NCBI GenBank assembly: GCA_001782515.1
Contig: MFOV01000012.1
Location: 5,832-43,214 of the forward strand
DNA length: 37,383 nucleotides
From: Candidatus Levybacteria bacterium RIFCSPLOWO2_01_FULL_39_10
GTDB taxonomy: Bacteria; Patescibacteriota; Microgenomatia; Levybacterales; UBA12049
Direction: 5' to 3'
Under the pieces are notes generated by a model that worked only from the letters and a program-made list of their open reading frames with translations, had not been told where the DNA came from and did no database searches. Numbering within the stretch: position 1 is the stretch's first letter; every line of letters starts with the position of its first letter. Below, piece by piece: positions 13,980-22,937 of this stretch. A program made the position numbers and the translations under genes.

Positions 13980-14156
13980 CTACTCATAATAGAAAGACTG
14001 TTGGGGTATTGTATCATTAATTTCTGAATTCCCAGAATTATTATTTGTCAAAAAGTAAAATATTAAAAAATACACAATGACTCCGATTACAAGATAGATA
14101 ATTAGCCATTTAGTCCATGAGCTTTTTTTTGAATAAACTTTTCTAGGCTTTGCCAT
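13980..14156 (-). CDS. Small single-TM protein (58 aa, MAKPRKVYSKKSSWTKWLIIYLVIGVIVYFLIFYF...)
   Basis: Translated by hand; basic N-terminus plus TM helix; stop 4 nt before the dsbB start. Confidence 0.65.
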   Translation of the reverse strand: MAKPRKVYSKKSSWTKWLIIYLVIGVIVYFLIFYFLTNNNSGNSEINDTIPQQSFYYE

Positions 14157-14208
14157 AAATTAATTATTTCAAATGACTTATATATAGTCAATTTGATAAA
14201 ATTAAATT

Positions 14209-14715
14209 ATGAAATTTTTAGAAAATCTAAATATTCATGAGGACTACTTAAGAAGCATAATCTTCGGATTTCAAGATTCATTGGTTTCAACAACAGGAGT
14301 AATAGTTGGTGTTGCTGCGGGGTCCAACAGCAAAGAACTAGTAATACTCGCTGGAATTGTAGCAATAACAGTTGAATCTTTGTCAATGGGCGCAGGACAA
14401 TTTATGAGTGAAAAAACAGTTCATCAAATGGATAAGACCGGCAGGCATACTGACAATTTATATATAGGAGGGACACTTATGGCGCTTTCATATTTTTTGG
14501 GTGGCCTTGTTCCCTTGACTCCAATAATCTTATTTAATCTGCCGTACTCGGCAACTTTAAGTATTGTATTTTCATTACTTGGACTTTTTGTCTTGGGCTA
14601 TCTAAAAGCACATATTGTGAAAGTAGATCCAATTAAAAGCGCAATTGAAATACTTATACTTGGCGGTGCAGCGACTCTAATTGGACTTATTGTTGGAAAT
14701 CTATTTAGAATTTAA
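14209..14715 (+). CDS. VIT1/CCC1 family Fe/Mn transporter
   Basis: LRSIIFGFQDSLVST, SMGAGQFMSEK, GGLVPLTP. Confidence 0.88.
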   Translation: MKFLENLNIHEDYLRSIIFGFQDSLVSTTGVIVGVAAGSNSKELVILAGIVAITVESLSMGAGQFMSEKTVHQMDKTGRHTDNLYIGGTLMALSYFLGGLVPLTPIILFNLPYSATLSIVFSLLGLFVLGYLKAHIVKVDPIKSAIEILILGGAATLIGLIVGNLFRI

Positions 14716-14719
14716 TTTT

Positions 14720-14830
14720 TTATTTGGTTAAAATAAATAAAATTACCGCAAGCGCTATCCCAAAAGAAGCAATCAGAAAACCGAGTGAAAAATATTTGTA
14801 ATATTCTAAATTATTGTTTTTCTTTGCCAT
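14720..14830 (-). CDS. Small membrane peptide (36 aa, MAKKNNNLEYYKYFSLGFLIASFGIALAVILFILTK)
   Basis: Translated by hand; single hydrophobic helix; converges on the VIT1 stop. Confidence 0.5.
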   Translation of the reverse strand: MAKKNNNLEYYKYFSLGFLIASFGIALAVILFILTK

Positions 14831-15020
14831 AGATTTATAAAAATAAATATAATACAGAGGAAGTGGAAAAAGCAACCTCAAGAACTACTATGAGAGAAAT
14901 AAAGATAAATTTTACTGTCAATATATGATTAATTCAAAACTCAAAAAATTATTGCATAAATACAGTAAAGTTGTCAAAGACGAATACAAGAATTAATGTT
15001 AAAATAAAAAAAGGAGGAAT

Positions 15021-15104
15021 ATGGCTGTTTCAAAACGAAAAAGACTAGGTAAAGGCCAGTTTGCTAAAAGAAAAAAAGGAAGAAGGCGCGGAACATATAG
15101 ATAG
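15021..15104 (+). CDS. 27-aa highly basic peptide, bTHX-like (MAVSKRKRLGKGQFAKRKKGRRRGTYR)
   Basis: AAGGAGG RBS; GKG-x10-RGTY pattern; Lys/Arg rich. Confidence 0.6.
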   Translation: MAVSKRKRLGKGQFAKRKKGRRRGTYR

Positions 15105-15261
15105 ATTATCCAAAGGTGAATGTAAATATACTAACACCTGAGCCTAGAAATTCAATTTTTCAGCTGTCTATTGCTAACACAAAGGCAAGATTTATTTATA
15201 GATGGTTTAAGTAGTATAACATATAAAAATGATGCTTCTTAAAAAGTAACAACTTTAAATC

Positions 15262-15306
15262 TTGACAAGAATATTTGAAGAATGATATATTCGAAATATC
15301 GAATAT
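15262..15306 (+). promoter_or_regulatory. Sigma70 promoter with overlapping palindromic operator, probably bound by the ArsR regulator
   Basis: TTGACA 15262-15267; TGnTATATT 15283-15291; perfect ATATTCGA-aata-TCGAATAT 15287-15306 overlapping the ATG. Confidence 0.75.
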
Positions 15307-15784
15307 GTATTCACAAGTATTTAATTTGCATGCAAATCTTTTAAAAGCTCTGTCTAATCCTAAGAGGCTTGAAGTTCTTCAACTTCTGCGCGACCAAGAA
15401 TTAACAGTTACTCAGATTCAAGAAATGCTATATCTTCCCCAAGGGAATTTGAGTCAACATCTTCATGTTCTTAGAAGTGCAAATGTTGTAAGCACACGGC
15501 GCGAAGGAAAACAGATTTACTATAAAATTGCACATAAAAATTTTATTAAGGCAAGTGACTTAATGAGGGAAATCCTTATTGAGCAACATAAAAACGATAT
15601 TTTAGTCAGCGAGCTTAGTAAAAAAATGACAGACCTTATTCCCTTAACTGCGGATCCAGTTTGTGGAATGAGGATAAGCCCAAAAACCGCATCTTTCATT
15701 TCAAAACAAAACGGCCATTTATATTACTTTTGTGCATCCGGTTGTCTTGAAGCTTTTAATAAATATCCAAAAAGATATGTCTAA
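15305..15784 (+). CDS. ArsR/SmtB transcriptional regulator fused to a C-terminal YHS domain
   Basis: LKALSNPKRLEVL, NLSQHLHVLR, RREGKQIYY; DPVCGM..YYFCASGC. Confidence 0.9.
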   Translation: MYSQVFNLHANLLKALSNPKRLEVLQLLRDQELTVTQIQEMLYLPQGNLSQHLHVLRSANVVSTRREGKQIYYKIAHKNFIKASDLMREILIEQHKNDILVSELSKKMTDLIPLTADPVCGMRISPKTASFISKQNGHLYYFCASGCLEAFNKYPKRYV

Positions 15785-16724
15785 ATATTCTAGAAAAAAA
15801 ATATATAAAAAGGTAGGTAGGCTAATACGTCGGAAAGGATTAGAGATTTTACTTATATTTCTTATTGTTATCGCCTCCTTTTTATCAGGGATTCTTTTTA
15901 ACAAACTGAATAGCTTAGAGAAGAATATTACTTCAAACTCTCCGATAAACTTTGTGTCGAGCGAAGATTTGTCAAAGATCCAAAATAAAGTTCTTAAAGA
16001 TAAATATATTTTTAAAATTAAATGGGGAGACTTAGGGAAAAGGATGGTCGAAGATGGAGTAATTGATAAAGTAAAATTAGCTCAGGCAATAGGAGGAGAG
16101 GATGAGCTCCCAAAAGATCTGGATAAATATTTTACAGGCGATCAAAACAAGATCGAAGTTAATCAAGGAAATGCGCAGTTTTGGGTAGATGTTTTATGGG
16201 GCTTGGGTCTTGCCAATAAAAATAAAATTCTGGAGGAAGGGGATATGATGATGGAAGACGATGCATCCATTTTTGCATCAACAGGGGGCTGGAGTTTGGG
16301 AGCAGGTGATCCGATGGATCATTACTCAAGACATTCATATATTACACTTTCTGAAGAACAACAAAAGACTGTTTCTGAAATTGCCGGAAGCATATACAGA
16401 CCATGCTGCGGAAATTCAACAGCATTTCCTGACTGCAATCACGGTATGGCAATGCTTGGGCTAATTGAGCTGATGGTTTCCCAGAACTTTTCTAAAGACG
16501 AAATTTATAAAACGGCTCTTGCCTTTAATACATACTGGTTTCCCCAGACTTATCTTGACAGCGCTTTATATCTTCAAAAAAATGGAAAAGATTATGAAAA
16601 AGTTTCACCGAAGGAACTTTTATCTGAGAATTTTTCAAGCGCAATGGGATCACAAACCATATCTGAAGAGGTAGGACAAGTGCAGTGGCCGGCGTTTGGA
16701 AATGGAGGCAGCTGCGGCGCATAA
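15777..16724 (+). CDS. Membrane-anchored Cys/His-motif hypothetical protein
   Basis: Start MSKYS; one TM helix; YRPCCGNSTAFPDCNHG; C-terminal GGSCGA. Confidence 0.75.
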   Translation: MSKYSRKKIYKKVGRLIRRKGLEILLIFLIVIASFLSGILFNKLNSLEKNITSNSPINFVSSEDLSKIQNKVLKDKYIFKIKWGDLGKRMVEDGVIDKVKLAQAIGGEDELPKDLDKYFTGDQNKIEVNQGNAQFWVDVLWGLGLANKNKILEEGDMMMEDDASIFASTGGWSLGAGDPMDHYSRHSYITLSEEQQKTVSEIAGSIYRPCCGNSTAFPDCNHGMAMLGLIELMVSQNFSKDEIYKTALAFNTYWFPQTYLDSALYLQKNGKDYEKVSPKELLSENFSSAMGSQTISEEVGQVQWPAFGNGGSCGA

Positions 16725-16730
16725 AATTTT

Positions 16731-17618
16731 ATGGAACTTCTTGTTAGCGCATCATTTATCGCGGCCTTTATAGCAGGAATTGCAGCCTTATTTGCTCCTT
16801 GCTGTGTAACAATACTTTTACCCACTTATCTTGCTTCTATTTTTAGAGATCGATCAACAGTATTTTTGATGACGTTTATTTATTTTCTAGGACTTTTGGT
16901 TGTATTTATGCCGATTGGTTTAGGTGCAGTTTTCTTAACGCAAATATTCAGCACTTATCACAACACTATTTTCTTCCTAGGTGCTTTATTTTTAATTTTT
17001 TTAGGCACATTTTTACTTCTGGGACAACAGTTTTCTCTCCCGTTTAATATCCACCCCGAACTTAAAAGAGCGAATGCTGGATCTGTCTTTATCCTTGGGA
17101 TTATTTCAGGTATTGCCACAACTTGCTGCGCTCCGGTTCTGGCCGGCGTTTTAACGCTGGCAGTACTACCTGGATCATTTTTATTAGGAGCAGCTTATAC
17201 CCTCGCTTATGTTTTAGGAATGGTTTTGCCCCTTTTTATTCTTGCCACAGTACTTGATAAAACTAAGTTTACAAAAAAATTTTTCGTTTTTCGAAGAAGC
17301 GTGAGTTACTCTCTATTTGGAAAACAAATCAGATTAACTTTTTCTAATCTGTTCTCAGGAGCAATGTTTTTGGTTCTTGGAATAATTATCTTATTTCTAG
17401 CCAGAACAAATAATTTAACATCTCATGCTTCTTATCAAGTAAGTATTAACATTTATTTAACAAAGCTTATTCAGCTTATAGGAGAGTATACAAAACTTAT
17501 ACCCGAACCTATCTGGGCTTTGATTTTTGTTGGTATATTCATTTTCATTACTAAAATTGCACTTGGGCAATTAAAAAATCTAAAGAATGTAAATAAGAAA
17601 GAAGGTGAGAATGAATAA
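16731..17618 (+). CDS. ccdA: CcdA/DsbD-family thiol-disulfide transporter
   Basis: FAPCCVTILLPTY and TCCAPVLAGVL in a multi-TM protein. Confidence 0.85.
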   Translation: MELLVSASFIAAFIAGIAALFAPCCVTILLPTYLASIFRDRSTVFLMTFIYFLGLLVVFMPIGLGAVFLTQIFSTYHNTIFFLGALFLIFLGTFLLLGQQFSLPFNIHPELKRANAGSVFILGIISGIATTCCAPVLAGVLTLAVLPGSFLLGAAYTLAYVLGMVLPLFILATVLDKTKFTKKFFVFRRSVSYSLFGKQIRLTFSNLFSGAMFLVLGIIILFLARTNNLTSHASYQVSINIYLTKLIQLIGEYTKLIPEPIWALIFVGIFIFITKIALGQLKNLKNVNKKEGENE

Positions 17619-18246
17619 ACAAATCCTTGCGATAATTGGAATAGTGGGTGTAATAGTTTTATTGGTGGTTATAGTTGCATCTTTTTCCGACGAAAGTAAA
17701 CCATCGGAAACCCAATCACAGACACCCTCTGATATAAGTGGGCATCATGGATCTGATACGACAAACGATGAGAAATTCCAGTCACTTATTGAGAAGGAAG
17801 CACCTGATTTTATACTTGAAAGTTATACAGGTGAGCAAGTGAGCTTACAAGAACTCCGGGGCAAAAAAATTGTACTCTTCTTCACAGAAGGACTTATGTG
17901 TTATCCGTCATGCTGGAATCAAATGGCCGCATTCGGGGAAGATAGCGCATTTAACAATAGTAACGTAGTAACTTTAAGCATCACCGTTGATAGAAAAGAA
18001 GATTGGAGGCAGGCAATTGAAAAAATGCCTGAGCTATCTCGTGCAATAGTACTTTTTGATACTAACCGTCAAGTATCCAGTGAGTATGGCGTTCTCTCAT
18101 TATCATCGTCCATGCATAAAGGTCAGTTTCCAGGGCATACTTATCTCATATTAGATGAAGAAGGCGTGGTCCGTTTTATTAAAGATGATCCTCAAATGGG
18201 AATAAGAAACGATGAGTTGAAGGCTGAGCTTGGGAAGTTAAAGTAA
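17611..18246 (+). CDS. Membrane-anchored redoxin (AhpC/TSA, thioredoxin fold)
   Basis: APDFIL..VSLQELRGKKIVLFF, CYPSC, TYLILDEEGVVRF. Confidence 0.85.
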   Translation: MNKQILAIIGIVGVIVLLVVIVASFSDESKPSETQSQTPSDISGHHGSDTTNDEKFQSLIEKEAPDFILESYTGEQVSLQELRGKKIVLFFTEGLMCYPSCWNQMAAFGEDSAFNNSNVVTLSITVDRKEDWRQAIEKMPELSRAIVLFDTNRQVSSEYGVLSLSSSMHKGQFPGHTYLILDEEGVVRFIKDDPQMGIRNDELKAELGKLK

Positions 18247-18261
18247 AAATGAGTAATAAAA

Positions 18262-18320
18262 ATCTGTTTGCTCATGCATTTATTATACACAAAGGTCATG
18301 GAGATCACAAAAATAAGAAA
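18262..18320 (+). pseudogene. Possible frameshifted remnant of a DUF2933-like His-rich small membrane protein
   Basis: ICLLMHL followed, after a frameshift, by HKGHGDHK; resembles CPLMHLFMHGGHG. Confidence 0.35.
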
Positions 18321-18338
18321 AAGAGAGGTGAATAGATT

Positions 18339-18503
18339 ATGTTTGGAATAGGAAGTGACGATAAAGTAAGGGATCCTGTCTGCGGGATGAAAGTAGACAA
18401 AAATAAAACTCAGTTTTCTTACGAAAAAGGGAGACATAAGTTTTATTTCTGTTCTCAAAATTGTAAAGACACGTTTATCGAAGACAATAAAAAGGGAGCT
18501 TGA
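18339..18503 (+). CDS. Stand-alone YHS domain protein (54 aa), absent from the ORF track
   Basis: MFGIGSDDKVRDPVCGMKVD...FYFCSQNCKDTF; GAGGTG RBS. Confidence 0.88.
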   Translation: MFGIGSDDKVRDPVCGMKVDKNKTQFSYEKGRHKFYFCSQNCKDTFIEDNKKGA

Positions 18504-18542
18504 GAAGGCAATAAATGTTTTTGGTAATGATTTAAAAAATAT

Positions 18543-18992
18543 ATGGAGAATATAAATATATCAATTGTTAAGGACTCTTCGGTAAAAGGATTATTGGCCA
18601 CTTTTGCTTTGCTGGTTATATATCTTACAATAGTTACATTAGTTTCAGGTTGGGCCTTTGCTCAGATTCAATTTAGGCAGTTTTGGTTTTTTATTATAAC
18701 GCTTGCAATTGGTTTTGGGATTCAGGTGGGTCTTTTTACTTATCTTAAAAATGCAATTAAACAAAATACGTCTCCAAGAGTTTTAGCTATTTCAGGAACA
18801 ACCTCGACTGTCGCTATGGTTTCTTGCTGCGCTCATTATTTGGTAAACATTTTACCAATTCTTGGTGTAGTTGGAATTATTACTGTTATTTCTTCATATC
18901 AAGTACAACTTTTTTGGGTAGGATTGGTTTTTAACATTGCAGGAATAATTTATATAACAAATAAAGTTATCAAGTACACGCGCGGAATATGA
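18543..18992 (+). CDS. Membrane protein with SCCAH motif, putative metal binding or transport
   Basis: About 4 TM helices; AMVSCCAHYL. Confidence 0.75.
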   Translation: MENINISIVKDSSVKGLLATFALLVIYLTIVTLVSGWAFAQIQFRQFWFFIITLAIGFGIQVGLFTYLKNAIKQNTSPRVLAISGTTSTVAMVSCCAHYLVNILPILGVVGIITVISSYQVQLFWVGLVFNIAGIIYITNKVIKYTRGI

Positions 18993-19450
18993 AAATAAAA
19001 TCAAAATTATTATTAGTTTTTTTAATTCCAGTTATTATTGCAGGTGTTTTTATTGTCGCAAGAGCGAATGATAAATCTTCTGAGAGCAATAAAAACCAAG
19101 TTACTACGGAAAAAAACTTATATTCATCGCAAACAAATTCTGAAGGAAACGTAGAAGTTGAGGTTGTTCCGAATGTTTCAGCGGACAAAAAATCATGGAG
19201 TTTTCAAATTACTTTAACGACTCACGAAGGAAGTTTGGACGAAGATTTAACAAAAAAAGCATTTCTTGAAGGCGATGGCGTAGAAAAAATAAAACCCTCA
19301 AAATGGGAAGGATCACCGCCAGGTGGTCACCATCGTGAGGGGAAATTAGTCTTTCCATCATTTTCCCAAACGGCAAAATCAGTCAGACTAATATTAAAAG
19401 ATATTGGACAAATCTCAGAACGAAGTTTTATTTGGAACTTTGACGGGTAA
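18989..19450 (+). CDS. Exported His-motif hypothetical protein
   Basis: N-terminal TM helix; THEGSLD and WEGSPPGGHHREG. Confidence 0.75.
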   Translation: MKIKSKLLLVFLIPVIIAGVFIVARANDKSSESNKNQVTTEKNLYSSQTNSEGNVEVEVVPNVSADKKSWSFQITLTTHEGSLDEDLTKKAFLEGDGVEKIKPSKWEGSPPGGHHREGKLVFPSFSQTAKSVRLILKDIGQISERSFIWNFDG

Positions 19451-19464
19451 AAGGAGGTGATTAA

Positions 19465-19875
19465 ATGAAAAAAGAATATTTGTACGGAATAATTGGATTT
19501 CTAGGAGGTATAGTTCTTACAGTTTTGTTTGCTTCCAATGCAGTGAACAATAACAGCCAACAAATGATGGGAATGATGGGAATGAAAGCTCAAGCACCTT
19601 CCTGTCAAATGGGAGAATCTAGGGAGTTACAAATGAGCATGGAAGATCATATGATGGGTATGACTAGCTCTTTAGAAGGGAAAACCGGAGATGAATTCGA
19701 CAAGACTTTTATTGAGGAGATGATAGTTCATCATCAAGGAGCAATTGATATGGCGCAGCTCGCTCAAGAAAATGCCGGACATGATGAGATTAAATCTATG
19801 GCAGATAATATCATTTCTGCCCAAAGTAGCGAAATAGAAATGATGAGGAATTGGCAACAAGATTGGGATTATTAA
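19465..19875 (+). CDS. DUF305 / CopM-like Met-rich metal-binding protein
   Basis: FDKTFIEEMIVHHQGAIDMA, IISAQSSEIEMM; AGGAGG RBS. Confidence 0.88.
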   Translation: MKKEYLYGIIGFLGGIVLTVLFASNAVNNNSQQMMGMMGMKAQAPSCQMGESRELQMSMEDHMMGMTSSLEGKTGDEFDKTFIEEMIVHHQGAIDMAQLAQENAGHDEIKSMADNIISAQSSEIEMMRNWQQDWDY

Positions 19876-19890
19876 GTTTAATATATGAAA

Positions 19891-19925
19891 GGCCGCCGGC
19901 CCGCGAGGGCCTCTGGCCCGGAGGG
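19891..19925. repeat. GC-rich REP-like double hairpin
   Basis: GGCCC-GCGA-GGGCC 19898-19911 and overlapping CCTC..GAGG stem in AT-rich surroundings. Confidence 0.55.
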
Positions 19926-19936
19926 AGGTGAAAATT

Positions 19937-20203
19937 ATGCTTAAATCTATCGCTTTTGCAAATGCTGCGACAATAGTTATAGCAATATTTTTTATAGCTT
20001 GTGCACTTTTGTCTTATGTTGCGCCGAATTTAGTAGCTGGTATTGGAAATTCATGGGTTCATTCATTGAATCTGGAAGCAATTAAAATAAAAACTCAGCT
20101 TTCGCTAGGAACTCTTGTTTACGGACTGGTGACAATTTCGGTAGTAACATGGGTAACGTCATACGCATTTGTAGAATTATATAACAGACTTGCAAAAAAA
20201 TAA
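19937..20203 (+). CDS. Small two-TM protein, DUF5676-like
   Basis: IACALL, SWVHSLNL, LYNRL; GGAGGTG RBS. Confidence 0.65.
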   Translation: MLKSIAFANAATIVIAIFFIACALLSYVAPNLVAGIGNSWVHSLNLEAIKIKTQLSLGTLVYGLVTISVVTWVTSYAFVELYNRLAKK

Positions 20204-20208
20204 TAACA

Positions 20209-22293
20209 ATGGATATGAATAACAAAATTTATACGTGTCCTATGGATCCGGATATAATTCTGGACAAACCCGGCGATTGTCCAAAATGCGGAATGAAACT
20301 TACCCCGCTTAAAGAAGAGTATGATGGACATGAAAATCATTCCTCAATGGAGCAGGAATTTAAAAAGCGTTTTTTCATAACCCTTCCGTTTGTAATCCTT
20401 GCAATGATTTTGTCCCCAAATATCCAAAATTGGCTTTCATTAGGTATTGATTTTGCCGGCCGAGAAATTGCACTTTTTGTCATTGGCACATTTATATTTT
20501 TCTATGGAGGACTTCCTTTTTTCAGGGGCGCAAAAGGAGAACTCTTTGCAAAGAATGCGGGAATGATGACGCTTGTCGCTTTGGCAATAACTGTTGGATA
20601 TACATTTTCTGTTGCTGCGACATTCCTTTTCCCTGGAGAATCTTTGTACTGGGAAATCTCAACTCTTATTTCAGTATTTTTGCTTGGACATTGGCTTGAG
20701 ATGAGAGCAGTTCGTGGGACAACAGGGGCACTTGCCGAACTTGCAAAACTTACCCCGCCCCAAGCCCATCTTTTAAAAGACGGCAAGGTAATTGATATTA
20801 AAACTGATGAAGTAAAATTAGGTGACAAGCTTCTTGTAAAACCGGGCGAGAAAATTCCAATTGACGGGCAAGTTTTGGATGGAGAAAGTTCTATTAATGA
20901 GTCAATGGTAACAGGCGAATCTCGCCCTGTAGGAAAATTAAAAGGAGACAAAGTTATAGGTGGAACCATTAATCAAGACGGGTCGCTTACGATTCAGGTT
21001 ACAAAGACAGGGAGCGATACGGCAATCTCCCAAATTATGGATTTGATAAGACGCGCACAGGAATCAAAGCCTAAAGTTCAGGAGCTTGCAGACCGCGCCG
21101 CAAACGTTTTGCCATTAACCGCTATAACCATCGGTACGGGAACATTTATATATTGGCTAATTATTAATCCTCAAGGCGCAGTCTTTGCATCAACCCTTGC
21201 CGTTGCGGTTGTGGTTGTTGCCTGTCCGCACGCTTTGGGCCTTGCTATTCCAACGGTTACAACAATTACATCAACTCTTGGTGCCCGCAATGGAATTCTA
21301 ATAAAAGATATGAAGGGGTTAGAGATAGCGCGGAAAATAAATTATGTAGTATTTGATAAAACAGGGACACTTACCCGCGGAGAATTTGGTATAGCAGAGG
21401 TAGTTCGCGTATCAAGTTCAATAGTTGGGGAACAGGAACTATTAAGGCTTGCTGCAGCTGTTGAATCTTCCTCCCAGCATTCAATAGCAATGGGTATAGT
21501 GAATGAAGCAAAAAAGCATAAAATTACGATCCCGACTCCTAAGAATTTTAAATCATATCCAGGCAAAGGTGCGATGGGTAAGGTTGATAATAAAGAGATT
21601 ATTATAGGAAACGGACGCATGATGGAAGAATTAGGTATTAAGAAAGAAGATATTAATAAGCTTGAAACGAAGAAAGTAGGGACATTAGTTTATATTGCTA
21701 TTGATAAAAAATTATCCGGCGCTTTCGTATTATCCGACTTAATAAGAGACGAATCCCGTCCTGCGATTGATAAGCTCCACGAGATGGGCATAAAAATAGC
21801 AATGCTGACAGGGGACAAAAAAGAAGTGGCGGATGAAGTTGGTCGTACCTTAAATCTTGATACGGTTTTTGCAGAAGTTTTGCCGGGTGATAAAGTTGAG
21901 AAAGTCAAAGAACTCCAGAATAAAGGCTATATTGTCGCAATGGTAGGGGACGGCGTGAATGATGCTCCAAGTCTTACCCAAGCACACATGGGAATTGCAA
22001 TAGGGGCAGGAACTGACGTTGCCGTAGAATCAGCAGAAATAGTACTTATGAAAAACAATCCGCAAGATGTTGTTAAGGCAATTTCCCTCTCCCGCAAAAC
22101 CAACTTCAAAATGGTTCAAAACCTTGCGTGGGCAACAGGATATAATGTCTTTGCAATACCAATAGCAGCGGGTGTACTTTTTCCTACATTTGGAATACTG
22201 CTTCGCCCCGAATGGGCAGCAGTTTTAATGTCTGCTTCATCCATAATCGTTGTTTTTAATGCTCTTATTTTAAGACGAGCAAAGCTAAGTTAG
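20209..22293 (+). CDS. copB: Copper-translocating P1B-type ATPase (CPH subtype, CopB-like)
   Basis: TGES, CPHALGLAIP, DKTGTLT, GDGVNDAP, YN and MSASS; N-terminal YTCPM..CPKCGM domain. Confidence 0.9.
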   Translation: MDMNNKIYTCPMDPDIILDKPGDCPKCGMKLTPLKEEYDGHENHSSMEQEFKKRFFITLPFVILAMILSPNIQNWLSLGIDFAGREIALFVIGTFIFFYGGLPFFRGAKGELFAKNAGMMTLVALAITVGYTFSVAATFLFPGESLYWEISTLISVFLLGHWLEMRAVRGTTGALAELAKLTPPQAHLLKDGKVIDIKTDEVKLGDKLLVKPGEKIPIDGQVLDGESSINESMVTGESRPVGKLKGDKVIGGTINQDGSLTIQVTKTGSDTAISQIMDLIRRAQESKPKVQELADRAANVLPLTAITIGTGTFIYWLIINPQGAVFASTLAVAVVVVACPHALGLAIPTVTTITSTLGARNGILIKDMKGLEIARKINYVVFDKTGTLTRGEFGIAEVVRVSSSIVGEQELLRLAAAVESSSQHSIAMGIVNEAKKHKITIPTPKNFKSYPGKGAMGKVDNKEIIIGNGRMMEELGIKKEDINKLETKKVGTLVYIAIDKKLSGAFVLSDLIRDESRPAIDKLHEMGIKIAMLTGDKKEVADEVGRTLNLDTVFAEVLPGDKVEKVKELQNKGYIVAMVGDGVNDAPSLTQAHMGIAIGAGTDVAVESAEIVLMKNNPQDVVKAISLSRKTNFKMVQNLAWATGYNVFAIPIAAGVLFPTFGILLRPEWAAVLMSASSIIVVFNALILRRAKLS

Positions 22294-22330
22294 GTAGGAT
22301 GTGAAAGGCGATCACGTAAATCATTAAACT

Positions 22331-22807
22331 ATGAAAGACAAGATATTTATTTTTGGAGGGGGAATACTAATAATTCTTGCAATTGTTGGGGCAGCTGTTT
22401 TCTTATCGAAAGGTCAGGACAAGGCAACAGATATTTCAAAAGATCAAATTGTTGCCTCAAATGGAATTCATTGGCACCCAAAACTAAATGTTTACATAAA
22501 TGGAGAAAAGCAAGAGTTTGAAAACAATATTGGGTTGGGCGCTATTCACCAACCAATGCATACACATGATGAAGATTTTAAAGATGGCGTAGTTCATATG
22601 GAAATGTCAGGAGTTGTGACAAAAGATGATACTAAACTTGGTAATTTCTTTAAAATCTGGGGGAAAGAATTTAATTCTACACAAATATTTGACAAAAAAA
22701 GCGGAGAAGACGGACAAATTACAATGGCAGTAAACGGAAAAGAAAATAAAGATTTTGAAAATTACCAAATGCGCGATGGAGATAAAATCGAGATTCGATA
22801 TGAGTGA
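22331..22807 (+). CDS. Membrane-anchored His-rich hypothetical protein
   Basis: N-terminal TM helix; IHWH, MHTHD, VVHME. Confidence 0.75.
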   Translation: MKDKIFIFGGGILIILAIVGAAVFLSKGQDKATDISKDQIVASNGIHWHPKLNVYINGEKQEFENNIGLGAIHQPMHTHDEDFKDGVVHMEMSGVVTKDDTKLGNFFKIWGKEFNSTQIFDKKSGEDGQITMAVNGKENKDFENYQMRDGDKIEIRYE

Positions 22808-22937
22808 TTAATCAAATCACCCCTCACTAGAAAGAATAAGATTCTTGAGACATTATAAAGTTTAATGACCCGCTTGGAGTTTCTATTTAATTAATAATAT
22901 CAGGTATTAGATTTTGTGTTAAAATTTGTTGACAATT

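Noticed and set aside
18192-18458. 88-aa minus-strand ORF
   Set aside because: Antisense to the redoxin end and to the real YHS gene.
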